A DNA stretch of 64,000 nt from Klebsormidium nitens (taxonomy: Eukaryota; Plantae; Klebsormidiophyceae): assembly GCA_000708835.1 (NCBI GenBank), contig DF237031.1, positions 124,001 through 188,000 on the forward strand. The letters run 5' to 3'. Positions 49,101 to 60,200 of the stretch are shown here, piece by piece. Numbering within the stretch: position 1 is the first letter of the stretch; every line of letters begins with the position of its first letter. A program made the position numbers and the translations under genes. The notes beneath the pieces are model-generated. The model saw only the letters and a program-made list of their open reading frames with translations. It searched no databases and was not told where the DNA came from.

Positions 49101-52100
49101 TTCTGAATCGGGGGGCAAAAGCGCCAGCAAAAAGAAGGGAGGGGCGAGCAACACGGGGCCCGCGAGGGCGGCCCTGGCGGCGAAACTGCTGAGCAAAGCG
49201 CAGCGCCGGGCGGCGATAAACGAAAGGGGGGGGACGCCAGATAGCACCGCGGGGACCCCCTCGCCGCGGGATGCTGACGTCAGCACACCCCTGGGAAGCG
49301 AAGCGGCCGACGCTGTCGACTCGGACGACCCCCCCTCGCCGCCGGTAGAGTACGATTCCCCTGACGACGAGGGCGATGTCGTTTTCGAGGGGGTGTCCAA
49401 TCAGGGGCCAATGCAGCCCCCTGAACCGGGGGCAGCGCTGAAGGGGGCTCCAGAGCAGGGGGCTACGCCCCCCCTGGAGAAGGGTTGGGAGAAGAAGCTG
49501 AAGATTGAAACGGGAGAAGGGGAGGGGAGCAGAGAAGTGTCGCCGGCAGGGGGGGGGAGCGCAAAGTCGGCACGAAAGGGGGGGTCTCGGACGCAGCCCG
49601 GGGGGGTGATGGCGCTGTGCAAGGAGGTCGTGCTGAGTCTATCGGCGCACCGGGCGGGGCACCTCTTCAGAGACATTGATTACGAGGTAAGGCTTGAATA
49701 TGAATGGGTCGTGACTGTAAGAATGTATCTCCCAAATTACAGATTCGTTTGTTGTGGCTCTACTGGAACAATTACAATCTCTCGAGAAAGAATCTCTCCA
49801 CTGCATGATTGAGCGAAATTCTCCATAACCTGTTGACGATGACGGTGGCGACGGCGCCTGTGGCTGGTGGCCTCTTGATTTACAGCAATTTGTGTCAGCG
49901 TCTGTTGGCTACATGCTCCCCGTCAGCCAGATCGAAGATGATGTTGTTATCCGCATAATCCAGCATGCCGAGCCGACGTAAAGCCCTTCTTTGAAGAAAA
50001 ACGCGTGTTTTCCGCATGTTGCTTAACCCAGCTCTTCTACTCCCTTGGAGCTGCCCAGGCCGCGACCCACATCGGTGGACTATGAATTCAGCACAATTCC
50101 TCACAGTGTGCACAAGACGCACAGCGCTCCCTCGACAGTTCTCAGGCCGTCTGCATCATTTCCTTCAAAAGTTGCAAAGTTCCTGTCAAATCGTGCTTGA
50201 ATCACTTCAAGAAAATGGCTGAAAGCTAGCTCGTTGTCGCCCTCAAGAGCTTCTCAGGCGGCGACCACATCGAGCAGAGACTTGGTTGCAACATGATCCA
50301 GCAGAACCAGTAAACATCCGTGTATTCCAATCGTGATTCGAATCGAGCCAAGAGACATGGCGCTCGCTGGCAGACATTTCTTTCCAAAGTGTCAAATACT
50401 GCTTCGAAACGGCTGAACCCCAGCTCTTTTGTCCCCTTCAGAGCTTCCCAGGCGGCGACCAGATCGAGCGGAAACTCGACCTCAACACGATCCGGCACAA
50501 CGTGGACGACGGCGTTTACGACGCGGAGGGAAGCGCCGCCTTCTACACAGACGTGCAGGCCATGTGTGACAACGTGACCGCCGCTTTTCCGCCGGATTCC
50601 GGCGAGCACGTGGCCGCGACCGCGCTGCGCGCCTTTGCCCATGGCGAGATGGGCCTGGTGAGACGGCTTGCGGAGTACTTCGCGTTTGTGCGTCGTTTCA
50701 AGTTGCTGGAACGTTGATCGTCTTTCGCTCAGCTGAGATAAGTGTTGCGCGACTTTGCGCATGGCAAGCTGGGCGTGGTGTGAAGGCTTGCGGACGTTTT
50801 TGCTTCGCTGACCCGCTTGGAGATACATGAGTAGCTGTCTTCAGAAGAAGAGAGTGGCTGCAAGTTTGGAAGACGTGTTGTGGTCGCACAACTGGTGAGA
50901 ATGAGTCCTTGCTTATCCGATGCAATGCTGAAGTATGAAAGTGAGAAGCAATTGCCACATGCGTGAGTTCGCAAGTGACTGATTCAAGCCGTTGTCTGCT
51001 CTCTCTGCAATGAAGTTCCGAAGAAGTGGTTGAAGCTGGCTCTTTGCAACTTTCTAGGTCTCGTATGGCTTTGTACGTGATAAACGCATCAAAGTAACGC
51101 CAGAATTTGAGTGGTGCAGCGGATTGAATACAGTTGAAGGCAGAAAGATAAAAGGAGAGAGGAGGCCAAAGAAAAGACCGAAAAGGGAACAAGCATTGAA
51201 AAGCAGTGTTCTGCTAAATTTCCTCTTGCACGCTGTGCGCATACGGGACTACACTCTATGTAGAGCATGTGCTTTCTGGTGGATGCTCGAGCTTCTGTGG
51301 GCTCTTCTGCGCTGATTATTAGAAACTGCCCTAAAGACTTTCGAGGAGCTTGCCAACAAGTTCGTCGATTCGACGAGCCGAACGTTAAGAGCAGGGGGAC
51401 TCTACATCTGACAGCACAGCTGGCACAGTTTTTGGCGTTTGACAGCTGTAAGCATTTCCGCTGCAGGTATGGAAGACGGAGGAGATGATCCGCGACGGCG
51501 CGCGCAGCTCCCGGCGGCCGCCGCCCAAGTTCGAGCCTTTCCAGGCAACCCCTCGGAGAAGTCCACTGGGGAAGAGCGAGGCTGCCAATGCGCTGGGGGG
51601 GGGAACCGGGCAGGCTTCCCGGCCACAGTCCAAGGGTAGGTCTAGGCTGGGGACTCCGACTGGACCCCCCCCTGAAGAGGGAAAGGAGGAGGGAGACGAT
51701 GAAGAGGAGGTAGAGGAAATAGGAGAAGGGGGAGAGGTGGAGGCGGAATCGAAGAGTAGCAAAGGGAAGAGAAAGGGGGGGGTAAAGGGTGGGTCGGATG
51801 CAGCGACGCCAAAAGGTGGAGCGGGGGGTAAAGGGAAAAGTGCGCCAAAAGGAGAGGAGACTGCGTTTGCGGAAGAGAAGGGGAGCACGCCGAAAGGGGA
51901 CGGGAAGGCGGGGGGCAGGCAGAAAGCGAAACCAAAAGCTTCGCCAAAGACCGAACCGAAGCCTCCCTCCAAGTCGCATAAGAAACAACAGCCTGCTCCA
52001 AAGTCAGAGCCGGCGAAGAAGACGGGTGGGGGAGTAAAGGTTTCGCAAGCGGCGAAAGCAAGTCCTGTGGGCGAGATTTCAGAAATAGAGGAACCCAAGA

Positions 52101-52180
52101 AGGGCAAGGGAGTCAAACGAGCGCTTGAGAGCATTGCTGAGCCGGAAAAGAAAAAGTCGCACAAGAAAGCGCGTAGGTAG
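43186..52180 (+). CDS. SANT/Myb-like plus bromodomain-containing protein (plant BRD8-like DNA-binding bromodomain family), 5 exons, ~2130 aa
   Basis: Exons 43186-43395, 44038-44189, 44586-49686, 50442-50657 and 51467-52180 total 6393 nt with consistent phases. The N-terminal SANT-like segment WTLQEELLLAHAVMRYGTDDWKLVAQTL is followed by the coiled coil LRAQRLAELRNGLAVREDSISLLKVKIQSLE. The bromodomain reads ..AHRAGHLFRDIDYE|SFPGGDQIERKLDLNTIRHNVDDGVY..FYTDVQAMCDNVTAAFPPDSGEHVAATALRAFA. The C-terminus is Lys/Gly-rich. Confidence 0.88.
43461..43946 (+). repeat. Echo copies at both ends of bromodomain-gene intron 1 (donor side 43461-43535; acceptor side 43851-43946)
   Basis: Donor copy ..ggccgcttttttccggag|gtgagc versus ..ggccggttctcccctgag|gtgagg (offset 133). 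Acceptor copy cacag|ctttgcgaagcccagttcgggatgcttcacgctcg versus tacag|ctttgcgaagcccacttcgggctgctccacgctcg (offset 174). Confidence 0.88.
46549..46970 (+). repeat. In-frame coding tandem repeat, ~21-24 nt unit (consensus peptide SEERPVx), ~17 units
   Basis: DEERPTT, REERPRA, SDERPI, EDRPGA, SEERPNA, FKERPVT, SEERPVV, AEEFPVA, SEERPVL, SEEARPAA, FEERPVA, FEGERPTE, SEERPLL, SGGERPAA, SAERPVV, SEERPVL within the 44586-49686 exon. Confidence 0.9.
50030..50330 (+). repeat. Two degenerate copies of the bromodomain exon-4 acceptor plus 5' end
   Basis: ccctcaag|agcttctcaggcggcgaccacatcgagcagagac (G at 50247) and cccttgg|agctgcccaggccgcgacccacatcggtggac (50048) versus ccccttcag|agcttcccaggcggcgaccagatcgagcggaaac (50441); offsets 194 and 199. 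Confidence 0.87.
50746..50830 (+). repeat. Degenerate copy of the bromodomain exon-4 3' end plus donor
   Basis: ttgcgcgactttgcgcatggcaagctgggcgtg|gtgtgaaggcttgcggacg versus ctgcgcgcctttgcccatggcgagatgggcctg|gtgagacggcttgcggagt; offset 120. Confidence 0.87.
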
Positions 52181-54286
52181 GGCGTGACCAGGTCAGGTCA
52201 AATGTCACTTGTGTACTGTTATGAAAGTTACGACTTGATTGCGGACACAGCAGTCGTAGAATATTGATCTTGGTCGATCTGGTTCGTCAGCCAACAGGCG
52301 GCGGCCGGCGGCGAGAACTCGATCAAGTGTGGAATGCTGGCCGCCTAATCGCGGAAGCTCTGGCCAGACGGGGTAATGATGATCGGCCCTTCGCTATCAT
52401 AATTGATATTCGGTGACTGAGCGATCAATTTGATTGGAATCCCGGCAGCGAAAGCCCGGCCTTGTTCATTTCAAATGGCTGCTGAGTCGGACTGAATGAT
52501 TGTTTTCATCCAGTACGTGACGGCCCGCTGCGCGGACCCCATAAGAATACTGTCGCATGAAAGATCAACATGGCGTGCTGTCATTGCATAAGAAACACAT
52601 GTACGTCCTGCCATCATGCATGGCATGACTCTCGACTCAAATCAATCGCGCATGCATATGCGTTTCAAGTAATGATATTGCACGCATGCCGCGCAATCAT
52701 TAACTTACCAATCCGATCCGGCCGTTTGGAGTCACGCGGTGACAAGCGAGACCGTCCGACCATTTATGGCCGCGCCGCGTTCATGCACTACTAATTTATA
52801 TACGTGCATGTACGTACATGTTGACTAGGCTCAATGACTCGTGCATATGCGGCCGGGCATATATATGATGTTCTGTTTTCAAACGCCCGGCGTATCCACA
52901 TGGGCCATAGACTTCCATGGCATACACGGGAATAAATGTTCTGAGTTCTGAACGCCTACTAAAACTACCCTCCCAAATCTTGGTTTGCTACATTAGTACA
53001 TATAGCTAGTTTGTCAACGTCTCCTAATGGCTTAGGTAGCCTATCCACTGTCGTGATGCTACATGTCGTGTCAGTAACGTCTCGGGTCCTATGACCATGC
53101 GCAATCTAATGTGCTCGAAATGAAAAACTACCGCGGCTAATCCGCGCAATCAATCCGGACATGCTTGTGTAGTCGTAGTCATGCAGAAAACGTAGTAATC
53201 CATGGTACCCAAGGTTGGAACTCACGACAAGGCTGTGCTGAGAAGACACAAGAAGAGAGGCAATGCTAAGTAGACTAAGGGATGCTAACGTGGTAGGCCA
53301 CCATGTAAGGGTGCGCCTTGAAAGCTCCTCCAAGCGAGTCTACTCGCGAAAAGAATGGTCTCCTAGCGAGGTGTCTCTGCCTAATGTATGGCGTGGTCTG
53401 AGGCTAACCGTAAGACTAGCCTATCGAATCGAATACAAGCAGACTGAGCTGTGGCTCAAGTCCTAACGACTGCAAACGTGAACTAGAGTCTGCGATAACC
53501 TGCTAAGGTAACCGCGTCTCTGCAATCTAGCTCGTAAGCTATGCAACGTCTCATAAGCTATGCGATAACAAGCAAATCATGCAATACGCTATGCAACCGA
53601 TGCTCTGCTATGCCGATGTCATACAGCGTGACACCACTACAATTCGGCCACTCAATGACGTCGGAATACGCACTGACATACTGATCGAAGCCTGAAGACG
53701 GTCCTTAATTAATTGGTCACTCGGCCTCATGCAGTGGGCGGGAGGGTGTAATAGTTCAATATTGAACATCGCTTACAAGCCTGTTGGATGATTTTTGGAG
53801 GATTGCGCATGCTAGACCGTACGTTCGATCAATGCCAGCCATTACGGTTATATTGGTTGGGCCGTATTTCATAACATCATAGATAATCTGCGGGCCAACA
53901 CCGTCACTACACATTGAATAGTTCACTTGCATGTCTGTCTGTTTCGATTACGTTCATAAAAGGTACATTTCCGTACAGTACGCTCAACGTACCTTCAGCC
54001 TGTAAATCTCATGCTTGGATAAGCCTGCTCTTCGCCATGTACGTATGCAAGTGACCGGAACATGACCTTAGCTCAATCGTGGATCTATAGAACCGTGACT
54101 TGTTCTGATCCAACGTCAAACTCTAGATATTTGCGTGCTTGAAAGCTCAGAAGAAAAAAGCCGTCGATTTAGCCAATCCGATCAGCATGATGGTATCTTT
54201 CCCACTCATTCTGATGAACGCCCTGATTCACGCTCGAGCCAGAGCAAATTGGTCGACGTTCTTCACCAAACGGCTTATGGGCACAC

Positions 54287-57200
54287 TCAAGAGGCATGCA
54301 TCCGAGCCGTGGGAACGTCTTTCCCGGTTGCTTGTTTTGTCCGCTTCCATACTATTACTACCCCGTCGCAGTCGCACGAAGCTAGAAAGTTTTCGCCGTG
54401 GTTCCACGAGACGTCCGTGACGGGAGCGGTATGACCCTGCAAGACAACATAAACTTGGTTTCCGCACGAAGAAAGACGAATGGAAGAAGGGCAGCACCGA
54501 AGAAAATGCAAGTGCAGTTTGCCATTCAAAAAGCCTGCAAACGCTGGCATCCACGCAGCGAAGAGCTAGTACCAGCGGCCAAAACGGAGTCGTGAAATGT
54601 CAACCACCTTCGAGCTTGAAAGCCATAAGGATCAACATCGAAGCGAGCAAATGCACTCACCATTAGTTTATTAACGCAGGCCCGGCCTGGCCTGATGAAG
54701 TCGTAGAAGTATACGGTGGTGTCCTCATTCCCGGTAACTGCATAAAACACATTTTTGGAAGTGAGCGGCGCCTGAAGAGGACGAACCAATTTTCTACGAT
54801 CGGCAGTCAGATGGAAAGGTGCGCCTCCTTCCTCTCTCCAAATAATCTCCCTTTTCGAAACAAAGCTCGTCAATTGCTCCTACAGTGGTCCACACGAGCG
54901 ACTCGACCTTCTTCAAGCTCGTAGGCGGTCAATCAGAACCCGCTGTAATGTAACGTCCCGCTTCCAACACATCCGTAAAGAGCATTCTCATGGGTCCACT
55001 ACAGCAGCGGGCTTCGTTGCTCCATCCCTACTTGCTTCTTTCTTCTCACAATCCCGCTTCACTTCCTTTCCAACTCAACCCTATCCAAGGCCTTCCCCTG
55101 TCGCGACTTCCCAAAAATGCATGGCAAAGAAAGTGTCGGGCCCGTTTGCGATACAAGCAATGGTAATGTCGAGGTTGCCGCAACTCAGACTACGGGGCAG
55201 CCTCAACTAATTGACCACAAAAGAATTTTATTCTGTTTGCAGATCGCCGGTGGCTCCGCCCCCGAAGGATCTCTTTCGCTGCATACTTTCTGTGTAAAGA
55301 TTTCCTCCTTCTCCTAGCACACAGTTGCTGCAGGTACGGTCAACCTGCACACCTGACCCAACCTCGCCGAGTGCGCAAAACTTGGGCCATTCAATCGGTG
55401 GCTTCCAGTTCACAAAGGGTCCTGGTTGTGCACATTGCGAGTAGAGTTTGGAAATCGGCTCAAATCGGACTTGCGGTCAGGCCGTACCCGCAGTAACCCT
55501 GATGTTTGAGGCCCATTGGAGAAAACAATTTCCTCTCCTCACCGATGAACTCCCCTTTTTCCAGGCTGAGCAGCGGGCAGAAGGACGCCCGGATGTTTCG
55601 CGCGCGGGGCTGCAGCTGCAGCGTCACCTTGGGCGTTAAGTACCCGTCCACCTCCGCAGCCACGCTGCAAGCAAGAAGAGGCGCCCGGTTAATTGACACA
55701 CATAGCATGTTCAAAGTAACATCGATGTCTGGTTGCAAAAAGGGAGTATTGGAACGGATCCTTGAGTGTCAAGCACGCGTCCACCTCTGCATTGAATTAC
55801 AAGCAGGGGGAGGCGCCCTGTTAATCAAAGGCAACACAACACTGTTGAAATACCATTGGAGAAGCTCATCTGTGTTGGTTGTGGACGCTTGCAAGCGGCT
55901 ATTGATTTGACGGGCGCAGCCACCGATTTCCAGTGCTTGCCAGAAATATTGCCGTCTGTTCGCAAGAAAGTTCACTTTCCCAATCCAAAGCCACCGAAGA
56001 AGAACAGACACTGGAAACAACTCGACAATCTAACCATTTTGAAGAAGACTCGGCGATGCTTGCGGACATTAAGTACCGGAAAAGCGAAGCGTTCCGGGTC
56101 TGGGGCTCGCAAGCAATACTGGCGCGTTTGTGCCCCTGTCAATGACTTTGTCAAGCGAAATACGCATCGAAAAGCATTGTGAAGCTTGCTGCAGCAGTGA
56201 CACTTCACCCGGAAAACGGCAACGCCCTATCCGTCGTGCTTGCGAGCAGCACCGACCCATGCGCGCCACAGGATGCACGTGTAAGACTCCGTTTGGCACA
56301 TCGCACAATAAAAGCGTCGAGAAGCTTGATACGGTCAACACCTAGGGGTCAGGCATCATTCCTCACCTGAAGAAGCGCAACGTTCCGTCCCTGATACTCG
56401 CGAGTAGCACTGGCCCGTTCGCGAGCAGGGAAAAGCTGCGGAAGACGATTGCGGAACACGGGGACCATTTGCCGCCCGGAAGCACGTTACGGTGCGCGTG
56501 CCGTAACGCGCCTGTATGCGCGTCGACGGCAAAACTGTGAACGGTCCCGTGGTTGTCTCCAACGAAGAGGATCCGGCCGGTGTTATCGATGTCGATGGCG
56601 GTAGCGGGGCAGTCGATGCTGGCTTTGTGGTTGACGCGGCCCGTGCTGAAATTGATTATCTGGTTTGGAAACAGGTTTACACAGGGTTAGGATTAAGGAT
56701 CGAGGAGGTTAAGAAGGTATGTCGGATACGCCCGATGTCATGGACGTCTATTGCGGTGGCTGGGCAGTCGATGGCTGTTTGTGGTTGACGCGGCCCGTGC
56801 TGAAATTGATAGTCTGTTTCGAAACGGAGTAGAGATGGTTAGGACACGAGGAAAAGAAACATTGATTGACTGGAAGGCTTTGCAGGCCACCGTGAAAGTT
56901 GGGTAAATTGTAGAAAACGCACTCTGTCGGGGTCGACGCAAGCGGGAGAAAGGTGGCCTTAGAGGGTTACTGTAGTCAGCGAGGCTCTCAATGGTGGCTT
57001 TATCGTGGCTTGTAAGAGCCTCGATTCACTATTGTGATCTGCATGCAATCAACTCTGTGAGTGCGGTAAGTGCATCACCTGGATTTAGGACAAAACTAGG
57101 TGAGATTTGGTTGCCAACGTAACGGGTAGTTGACTCGCAGAACGTACAGATGGACATTTTTTAAATGGGTTTTAAAAGACAGCTTCCCAACAATTCCGAC

Positions 57201-60200
57201 TTGACAAAATGAGGGTGCGCATAGGACATGCAACCCAAAACTGCACTGTGCACATGTTCTTTATGCTTGGTCGAAGAGTATAATTTTGAAGGATGCTGGC
57301 GCCATTACTCTTTCACGCGTTGAGTGTCAATGCCCACTTCGAAGGAGGTGCACTGCAAGGGGAAGCATTGCAACGAGAATCCCTTCTGCCTCCTTTGCTC
57401 TTGCACACCGAGCGTTATGCAAAACTGCCAGCTCGGGGTAATTCCAGAGGGAAGCTACGATGCCTAGCTCGGGTGTAAGAAGAACGAGGAGCGAGGGGAC
57501 CACTTACCGACACTTCGCTGGACGCATTCCCAACGAAGAGCAGGTTATTGTTTACCTGCAGAGAGAAACTTACAGGTGAGCACCGAGGACAGCTGCTACA
57601 AACAATCTCCGATTCGAGCTCAGATTACGAGGCGGAATGCAGAAGTTCTGATTTAAAGCTGACAAGACGTGACCGGAACCCAACTCATTTCTACGGGCTA
57701 ACACCTCTCGAAATCCTTCCATCTAAGAGAATGCCGCCGGAAAACCCCTCCATTTTTTGCCTGTTCGGCAGGCAGCCTGAGAGCGTTCGATCACTTCAAA
57801 ACACCAAGGAGAACCTCAAATATACAAAGGCCTGCTTTGACTTCAAACGAGCAGCCTTTCCCACCTGAAAGATTCGAGGCTGGCGCTGGGAAGAAGTGGA
57901 AGAAGAAAGTGGAAGAACTGAATCTAAGTAACGGACGACTCTGAGAATGGAAAAGATGACACAATATAACGACCCAGGAACGGGCCAAAAACTGGACCGG
58001 TATACAAGGCCAGAGAACAATCGAGTCAGGAACAGAACGAGCACAGAAATTAAGGCGCGGGGGCTGGAAGGATCACAACGGTATAATTAGGAACCGAGCA
58101 AACCGCTATCAGGACGAGCCAGGCCATTATAGCCATCAAGAGGAATGGAGAGAGCCAGGAACGAAAAATTTCAATATCTCGGCGGCATTTGGCTTGCGGG
58201 CTCACAAAACTAAGCGGACTCCGACGCCGCCTTACACTATGCGAACACAAATGCGCCAGCAAGGAAACGGAACAAACCGAGGATTTGAGACTCACACCTC
58301 CAACGAAATGGCTCGCAAACATACTGAAACGAGGCACCAGGACAGCTGTGCGGAGTGCCATGATCAATGCATACACGAACGGAGAGCGGGATGAGGCCAT
58401 GACGGAAACACTCGCAACGGAACGAGGATAAATAAATGAAGCAGCACATCACGAAAAGCGCGCAGCGGCTCACGGGGTTGAAGCAGCAGCACAGTTGTGC
58501 GGAGCTGCCATAGACGATCCGGATGCAGTCCCCTCTGGTGGCGTTCCAAACGCGGACCGTCTTGTCGAGCGAGCAAGAGAGGAGGTACTCGTTGTTGGAG
58601 GACCAATCAAAGTCTGCACATGAAGCAAATCGAAACATCATAAGCGACGTTTCTTTTCCCACAGCTTGATCTATCGAAACCAGGACAGAGTGGCCTTAAG
58701 ACCCGTAAACAGTTGAAACAGACGAAAGGCCGCAAGCTACTTGTAGCCCCAGAATGTTGACTGATAGCTCTGTTGTCGTGATCCGCAGATGATTCGTTGC
58801 TGCGCAAGACGCTCTTGGGCGGAGAGCAGAGCGGAGTAACCTATTCGAGAGGAACGACCCTAGCACGAAAGGAAAGACAAAAGGGCAGCTGCTTCATTCC
58901 ATCCGGAGAAACGACCAGATGACACCAAGGACCGAACGTTCAAGGGGCAACGGCGAACAACTCACCCGTGATCTCTTTGGTGTGTCCAACAAGCTTGAGA
59001 ATCACCCTGGGGGGGTCCGCCACAGAGCAAACCCGTAGCACGCCGTCCCCCCCGGCGTAAGCAAGCACATCGCTGCTTCGTCTCCCAAACTTGATTACAT
59101 TCACTACGCAGCAAGAAAGACGACAGCTTAAGGTTCAGAAGTCGGACGCGTCGAATGAATCTGTTATTTGGCATTGGCCGCTTCACAATCAAGTTCGACA
59201 ACGAAGCAGGCACGCAAGGAGCTACTGCAAAGTCAATCCAGTACAGCTAGTCACCAAGAAGGGAAGGCGGACCAAAGGAGTGCAAACTGTGGTATGGATC
59301 TACATCTTTCCTGCCGCCTGACAGTAGAGTGCCCTCTCGGACACTGCTGCGAACCCTCAGGAAAAGCGGACGTTCAATTTCGTCCTACATATAATTGCAC
59401 GCGTCCATTCTCATGCAAGTAAACGATAACTGCAAAACGTACCCGGCAGTTTGCTGTCGTCGAAGATGCATTGCATGCCCACGAAGGAGTAGGCCGGCTC
59501 GTCCTTAGTCGCAGAGAGAGAACTAGTATGGGACGCTTCGCTCGTCGTGCTGCTCACGCTGTCCCGCCGGCTGATTGTACGGGACAGGCTAGAGAAGCTG
59601 CCTCCTCGATTCTGTTCGAACAAAACGAACAGTTCTCTGACACCTTCAAGGTTGTGGATCTTCTGGACAGATTTGCAGGTGCTTATATGTCCTCTTCCGA
59701 AACTTTCTCTAGAGAGTTCAAAGAGGGCAAAAAGTTCAGAGGGCAAAAAATTCAGAACGTGACGTCCGGTAATCTGTTTACCTGGTGCTGGACAGATGCA
59801 GGGGGAAAGCGCAAAGAGATGTGTATGGCGGACACGAAACGCTTGCCGCTCTGTACGAAGTACTTGCTCAAACTCTGTACGGAACGAAACGCACTTACTT
59901 TTCTCAAATCCTCTCCCGACGGCGACATCTGAGGCGGGCCAGGTGATGAAGGGGTAAGGCTGCAAAGTGGAAAGCAGAAAGTCACAAGCTGACTCTAAAG
60001 ATTTCTCCTCAAGCCTGCCGCCAGCGACTGGCACACTGTACAGGATTTGCAGCGATTTCGGACAGATCTTTGCTTTGCTTACTTACTCAGCCCTGCATTT
60101 ATGAGAGTACCTAATTGTACGCTAGAGAAATGGACGGACGGACAGAGTTTGGTAAGTGCCATCTGATTTCTTGATGCCCCGTTTTAAAAGTTCCGAGGCA

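Noticed and set aside
44937-49400. Long minus-strand ORFs (44937-46304, 48246-49400, 47605-48408 etc.)
   Set aside because: Ser/Pro-rich antisense shadows of the GC-rich, Glu/Gly-rich bromodomain exon, with no independent motifs. The same applies to 24832-25446, 21862-22326 and 51385-52164.
54738-54793. Longer WDR13 exon 10 using the AG at 54794-5
   Set aside because: Its phase is incompatible with exon 9 (phase 1). The acceptor at 54738-9 restores the conserved EFIVTGNED motif.
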